A DNA stretch of 64,000 bases from Octopus vulgaris. Its lineage: Eukaryota. Made by a program: the position numbers and the translations under genes. Under the pieces are notes generated by a model, which saw only the letters and a list, made by a program, of their open reading frames with translations, did no database searches and had not been told where the DNA came from. The stretch's first letter is position 1. Every line of letters starts with the position of its first letter. Shown piece by piece: positions 58,294-64,000 of the stretch. Location of the stretch: the NCBI GenBank assembly GCA_951406725.2, contig OX597836.1, positions 8,742,001 to 8,806,000 on the forward strand. Direction: 5' to 3'.

Positions 58294-58757
58294 TAACTAT
58301 TATATCATTATTATTAATGTCTGCCGCTACGTTCTGAGTTCATGTTCCGCCGAGCTCGACTTTGCCTTTCCTCCATTTTGGAGTCGATAAATTAAGTAGC
58401 TGAAGGTGCGGGAGTTTCGTGCTCATACGTACATGATTTTATGTGCTTGTGTACGCACGCGCACACGTGTGCATGTGTGTGTGTGTGTCAGTGTATATGT
58501 TTATAAGTATGTTATGTACGTACGTGAGAGACAGACAGACAGACATACAGACAGAAATACAGGCAGACCGACGGACAGAAACTGCGTGTGTTTAAATACT
58601 AACCAAGAAAGTTATATCTTTGATGTCAAAGGTGAAATGTCAGTAGGTCAAGTCGCCCCCCTCCTCCACCTCCAGTAGTATTGTATATTACATAAAGATT
58701 AAATGTTCAGTGGTATGGACGTACCACGCAAAGGTGGCGGAGGTGGGGGTGGTATTT

Positions 58758-59480
58758 CCACCATCACCACCACCACCACAACTCTAACCACTTCTGCTTC
58801 TAACATTACCAATCCTGTTGCTTGTATCATTACCATCATCTCCACTACCATCACCTGAGCCACCACCACCACCACCACCACCACCAATGCTAGTACCATG
58901 ATCACCATCAACACCATCACCACCACCACACTACCCATTAATATTGTCACCACCATTACCAACACTACAACCACCACCTCCACCACCACGACTACCACGA
59001 CCACCACTATCACCAACATTCACCACCACCATCGCCGCCGCCTCCATGACCATGACCATTACCAGCATCACCACTACTAACTACCACATCCACCACAACC
59101 ACGACCGTCATCACCACTTCCCTCTGCCACCACCACTACTACCATCGTCACTACCACTACCATTACCACCAGCGCCACCAACACCATCACCATCATAAGC
59201 AGCAACAACCACCAACACCATCACCACCACCACCAACATCATCATCACAAGCAACAACAACCATCAACACCACCTAAACCACCAACCCCACCACCACCAA
59301 CACCACCACCACCATTACAAACAACAACAACCACCAACACCTTCACCACCACCACCACCATCACCAGCAACCACAACCACCATCAGCAGCGATAAGCATC
59401 ATCACCGCCATCACCTCCACCATCACCACAATCACCACCATCGACACCACCACCACTACCACCACCATTCCCGCTACTAC
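58758..59480. repeat. Degenerate (CAC)n/(CAT)n tract
   Basis: Read directly from sequence. Confidence 0.9.
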
Positions 59481-60234
59481 AATCTGTACCTTCCCACCAA
59501 TCAATCAGGCAAGTCTACTGTAACAAAGGAATGCAATGACGTGGTTATTTGCCTCAGTCACGCTTCACTGGGTCGACAAGTGGGTTCCACTTGGTGTAAT
59601 TATTTCCTTCATCTCTTCAACAAACGACAAACATCACAATATGCCTTCACCTTTCATTGTTGTTGACGGATCGACTGAGAGAGAGAGACGATGCTTCTAG
59701 GCACCGACTCAATTAGCTAGAAATAACAGCCAAATCGACCTTCTGGTCCATATCAATCAGGCACATGCCGTCGGTAATTACTCAGGGTAGGCACTTGGTA
59801 ACGTTTATGTAGTAAAACACACAAGAAAATAAGCGAAACACAGGCGCACGACTGGGTTGAAGGCAGATTTACTTCTGCCTCTGTAATGCGTAAAGAAAAC
59901 GTTCTTGTAGGAATGCACACAGCGCGTGTACCGCAGCAGTACTATGTGTAAACTTAAATACTGAGATAGAAACGCAGAGACGAATTATGCCAACCTAATC
60001 TACAAAAGAAATAAGATATTTTGCATTTTATACATAATAATCAGAATAACCTTCATAATTTTATTGAATAAGGCGCATATATATTGCCATAAAAAGAAAA
60101 TGTTACTATCGATTCAAAAGTAGGCACTGCCTATCTTGCCTACCCAAGCGGCACATTCCTGATATCAATTCTCTTTCCATCAGCATGCTACCATACTCTC
60201 TCTTTACTCTTTTACTCTTTTACTTGTTTCAGTA

Positions 60235-60660
60235 ACTTTAGTATTGTAACTTTCTTATACGTCTAATAAACTGACCTGCCAACGTTTGTTATTCTAGATT
60301 GAAGGATAGGGCTGTAACAGCACTTTGAACACATCCTACTAGACACCGCAAGTCACGGCTGACTGGTTTGCCGAATGTAGTCAAGACGTTTGGAAGTTTG
60401 TTAAGGAATAAAAATTGTGTTAAACTGAGCAAAAACGCTGCAGAAACTTCAGAAAAAGCTATAGACTACTTATGGATTGATTTGCATGAGCCGAACATTT
60501 GTTTTTCCGCTCGCACAAGAGGTTCAAGGACGATAAAGATGGGGTGAGAGATGATGAGGGATGTGAGAGACGACGAGGGATGTGAGAGAAAAAGGGTCGC
60601 CAGAGCACGAGAACAAGTTGAAAGCATTCGCAGTTTTCTGGATAAAGATCGTCGTGTGTT
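60235..60660 (+). mobile_element. Mariner 5' portion with decayed N-terminal HTH
   Basis: CMSRTFVF..HKRFKDDKDGVRDDE...EQVESIRSFLDKDRRV resembles a mariner N-terminus; frameshifted. Confidence 0.75.
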
Positions 60661-60664
60661 TTAT

Positions 60665-60982
60665 GCTCTTTTACTTTGTTTTCAGTCATCTGACTGCGGC
60701 CATGCTGGAGCACCGCCTTTAGTCGAATCAAATCGACCCCCAGGACTTATTCTTTGTAAGCCTAGTACTTATTCGATCGGTCTCTTTTGCCGAACCGCTA
60801 AGTTACGGGGACGTAAACACACCAGCATCGGTTGTCAAGCGATGTTGGGGGGACAAACACAACATACACACACTCATACACATATATATACGACGGGCTT
60901 CTTTCAGTTTCCGTCTACCAAATCCACTCACAAGGCTTTGGTCGGCACGAGGGTATAGCAGACGACACTTGCCCAAGGTGCC
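60665..60982 (-). mobile_element. SINE group A, 5'-truncated
   Basis: Reverse complement of group A. Confidence 0.9.
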
Positions 60983-61276
60983 AGCAGATTTCATTTCAGA
61001 ATATATTATCAAAAGACACTTTCGACAGTCAATATATCAAAAAAAAAAAAAAAACTAAAAAAAAACAAGAGAATCCAGTGCATAATTTGAAGGAGATTTT
61101 GTTGTTATTTCTAACACGTCCAGCGACCATGTAAACAGCTGGGTGTGCTGTCGTCGGTGTACGTGGGTGTCGTACAAGAAAACCGAAGCCCCAAAGCACG
61201 CAACGTCACGAGGTAGATTTATCAAACCAGATGTTAGATTCCGGGTACGAGAACATTTACTATTGGTGGCAAATAA

Positions 61277-61319
61277 ATGAAATTATTATTATTACTATTA
61301 TTATTATTATTATCATCAA

Positions 61320-61361
<42 letters not shown>

Positions 61362-61580
61362 TATTACTGTTATTATTGTTGTTGTTGTTGTTATTATTAA
61401 TGTTATTATTATTATTAATATTATTATTATTATTATTATTATCATCATCATCGTCATCGTCATCATCATCTTTATCATCATTATCATCATCGTCATCGTC
61501 ATCATCATCGTTATCACCATCATCATCATCATCGTCGTCGTCGTCATAATCATCATCGTCATCATCATCATCATCAACAT
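61277..61580. repeat. (ATT)n/(CAT)n microsatellite
   Basis: Read directly from sequence. Confidence 0.92.
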
Positions 61581-61704
61581 CGCCTTCCAACGTCAGCATC
61601 ACGACCGTCGACTTAATTGCTATTATAATTATAATTAACATTAACATCATCATAATTATTAATAATAAAAACTGCATTTGCATAATTATGTGTGTCAGTG
61701 TGTC

Positions 61705-61767
<63 letters not shown>

Positions 61768-61884
61768 ATAAATATGGCTTGTACAAATAATGGAAGTAGT
61801 ACTCAATACAAAAAGAGGCAGAGTGCATTTATAGGTCAGATTTGAGAATTAGGAGCATTCCAAACCTTACGAACCTAATATTGA

Positions 61885-62028
61885 TTTCAAATTTTGGCAC
61901 AAGGCCAGCAAATTGGGAGAGGCGTAAATCGATTACATCGACCCCAGTGCGCAACTGGTACTTATTTTACCGACCCCAAAAGGATGACTGGTAAAGTTGA
62001 CTTTGGTGGAATTTGAACTCAGAACGCA
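61885..62028 (-). mobile_element. SINE group B, 5'-truncated
   Basis: tttggcacaaggccagc...atcgaccccagtgcgcaactggtactta...gaatttgaactcagaacg. Confidence 0.82.
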
Positions 62029-62084
62029 AGTGTTCAATGTGGCCACCACTTGCAGCATGGGCAACATAAATGCGATAAGAGAAT

Positions 62085-62250
62085 TCCTCCCAGACACGTA
62101 TCAGCATATCAAAAACAAGTTCTGTATGGAACTAAAGAATAAATTTGCTTTCCTTGAGGCGATTCCAGAAGATGTTGACATAGAAAGGAAATGGAAAAAC
62201 TTCGATAAAGCATTCAACCAGGCAGCCAAAGAAGTACTCAGTGGATCATG
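62085..62250 (+). mobile_element. RTE-like LINE fragment (endonuclease-RT linker)
   Basis: FCMELKNKFAFLE...DIERKWKNFDKAFNQAAKEVLSG. Confidence 0.6.
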
Positions 62251-62456
62251 ACATGTTGATACGCGCATCTGGGAGGAATTCTCTTATCGCATTGGTGTTG
62301 CCCGTGCTGCAGGTGGTGGCCACATTAAACATTTGTAAGACAGCAAATAAAAGTTGGTTGTGAGTAAATACTTGTGACTTAGCTGGAGTTTTCTTTTGCT
62401 TTTCCTTATTAAAATATTGCATAATGAAATCGGTTCATTCTTTTCGAATAACCCTG
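62250..62456 (+). mobile_element. Tc1/mariner 3' end
   Basis: IWEEFSYRIGVARAAGGGHIKHL* followed by a TIR-like end ccctg-TA. Confidence 0.72.
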
Positions 62457-62458
62457 TA

Positions 62459-63040
62459 TAAGATCACCGTATATCATCAAATACATTATCGAACGTTGAA
62501 GATCTCAGTAAATCATTGGGGGCCATCACCAACCAAAAAACTTGAGGTGTTGGAATGGACTCTCAAAACTCTAATGCACGACGCCATTCAATATAAATGG
62601 TATGCATTGAGGGGAGGCCAGTTCATGTCTGAAAAGACACAGAAAAGCCGTTTGATCAGTTTCAAGCGATTACTTAAGATTAAAACCCCTCACAAACATG
62701 GCCAGCTTTGGTTCTTCTCTGATGAGGAAAACTTCAATTAAGACCAAAAGTCTAACCAGCGAAATGACAGATGGTTAAGTGCAGATCCTTCCGATGTACC
62801 CAGGGTGATTCACACTCCGTTTCCAGAAACTGGTTATAGAAGAGGTGAATAACAAAGGTCATGTTTTGCCACCAAACATCTTTCCATAAGGTCATAGAAT
62901 TAATGCGCCTGGATAGTTGATATGCTGGAGACAGTCATTAAGCTCTGTATGGTTAAAGTGCACAGGGGAAGGCCGTACGTATTTCAATAAAACTCAGCGT
63001 CCTCTCACAAAGCCAACATAACTCAAGAATCCAAGAATGG
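62459..63040 (+). mobile_element. maT/DD37D-like transposase pseudogene fragment
   Basis: LWFFSDEENFN*DQKSNQRNDRWL...DVPRVIHT...GRPYVFQ*NSASSHKA; homologous to 21967-22353. Confidence 0.85.
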
Positions 63041-63545
63041 ATTATAATTTGATAAACCTAACGATGTTATTTAGTTTAATCATTTATTATCTTCGCCATG
63101 AACTTAACTTCCAATGAGTAACACGCGTGTAAATCTATAGCGATAAAAAATTCTTTCAAATTTTGGCACAAATCAGCCATTTTAATGTTCAACAGTTATT
63201 TTATCTCAACAACCATGAAGTGATGAAAGACAAAGTCGATCTCGGTGGGATATCAACGCGAACTGCCACAAGACATTTTGTCCGGCACTCTCTTGTCTCT
63301 TTCAGCTCGTCGTCCTAGCAACAATAATGATACTATAACATGATTTTTGTCCCTGGGTAGCAACTGTTACTCCCTATTTGCTAACCCCTAGAAAGTATGA
63401 GAAATGGCTACTATTTCCTTCAAACTTTGATTTTGTTACATTTATTTAAACCCCAAAGAATTCCTCTCAACACATGGCTACGATGCTCCCCCACGACTCC
63501 TGCTTATGATCAGAGTTGCACATATTGTCAGCCACTAGGGGACAT

Positions 63546-63900
63546 GCTGAATCTATCTGAAATGTAATGGAAAATAGCTCAGTTTCAAAATATTGATGTC
63601 CAGGCCACAAAAGCAAAGTGTGAAGGGAATAGCAGTCATTTACTTTGATTTCTAGACAGAAGCACGTAGGAAATAACACTTACCGAGCAAATACAACAAT
63701 CAACTCTGGGTATTGAGTAGAATATTTGCCATAACGATATTTCTGCTTCAGCAACTCAGAGCTGAATCTGTTTGAAATGTAATGGAAAATAGGTCAGTTT
63801 TAAAATATTGATGTCCAGGTCACAAAATCAAAGTTTGAAGGGAATAGTTAGTCATTTCTTTTCATTTCTAGATAAAAATGAATAGAAAATAACACTCATT
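63546..63900. repeat. Diverged direct repeat, ~215-bp period
   Basis: gctgaatct.t.tgaaatgtaatggaaaatag.tcagttt.aaaatattgatgtccagg at ~63546 and ~63761. Confidence 0.85.
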
Positions 63901-64000
63901 GACCAAAGACACCACAAAAAAAAAACTCGTGTTGTACAGTTTCATCGTTTCATGATTTTGACGCAAGGCCAAAACTTTTACGGGCAAAGGAAAGTCGATT

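Noticed and set aside
62715-62735. ctgatgaggaaaac as a hammerhead core
   Set aside because: It encodes the FSDEEN motif of the transposase relic and has no stem II.

Overview
AT-rich eukaryotic intergenic or intronic DNA. The microsatellite load and SINE repertoire strongly suggest an octopus (coleoid cephalopod) genome; this is an inference. No intact host protein-coding gene is supportable, and nearly every ORF in the track is a translation of a simple repeat. The non-microsatellite DNA consists of three tRNA-headed SINE groups (called A, B and C here) that swap modules and form concatemers, decayed Tc1/mariner elements and MITEs, and LINE relics (Tx1/L1-like, R4/Dong-like, RTE-like). The most notable signal is about ten minimal type I hammerhead-ribozyme motifs from at least six unrelated short element families. 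Each has a palindromic, dimerisation-type stem III, most sit in or beside (TA)n tracts, and several are arranged as inverted pairs. One insertion has a 13-bp target-site duplication. These look like Penelope-like pLTR relics or small non-autonomous ribozyme retroelements.
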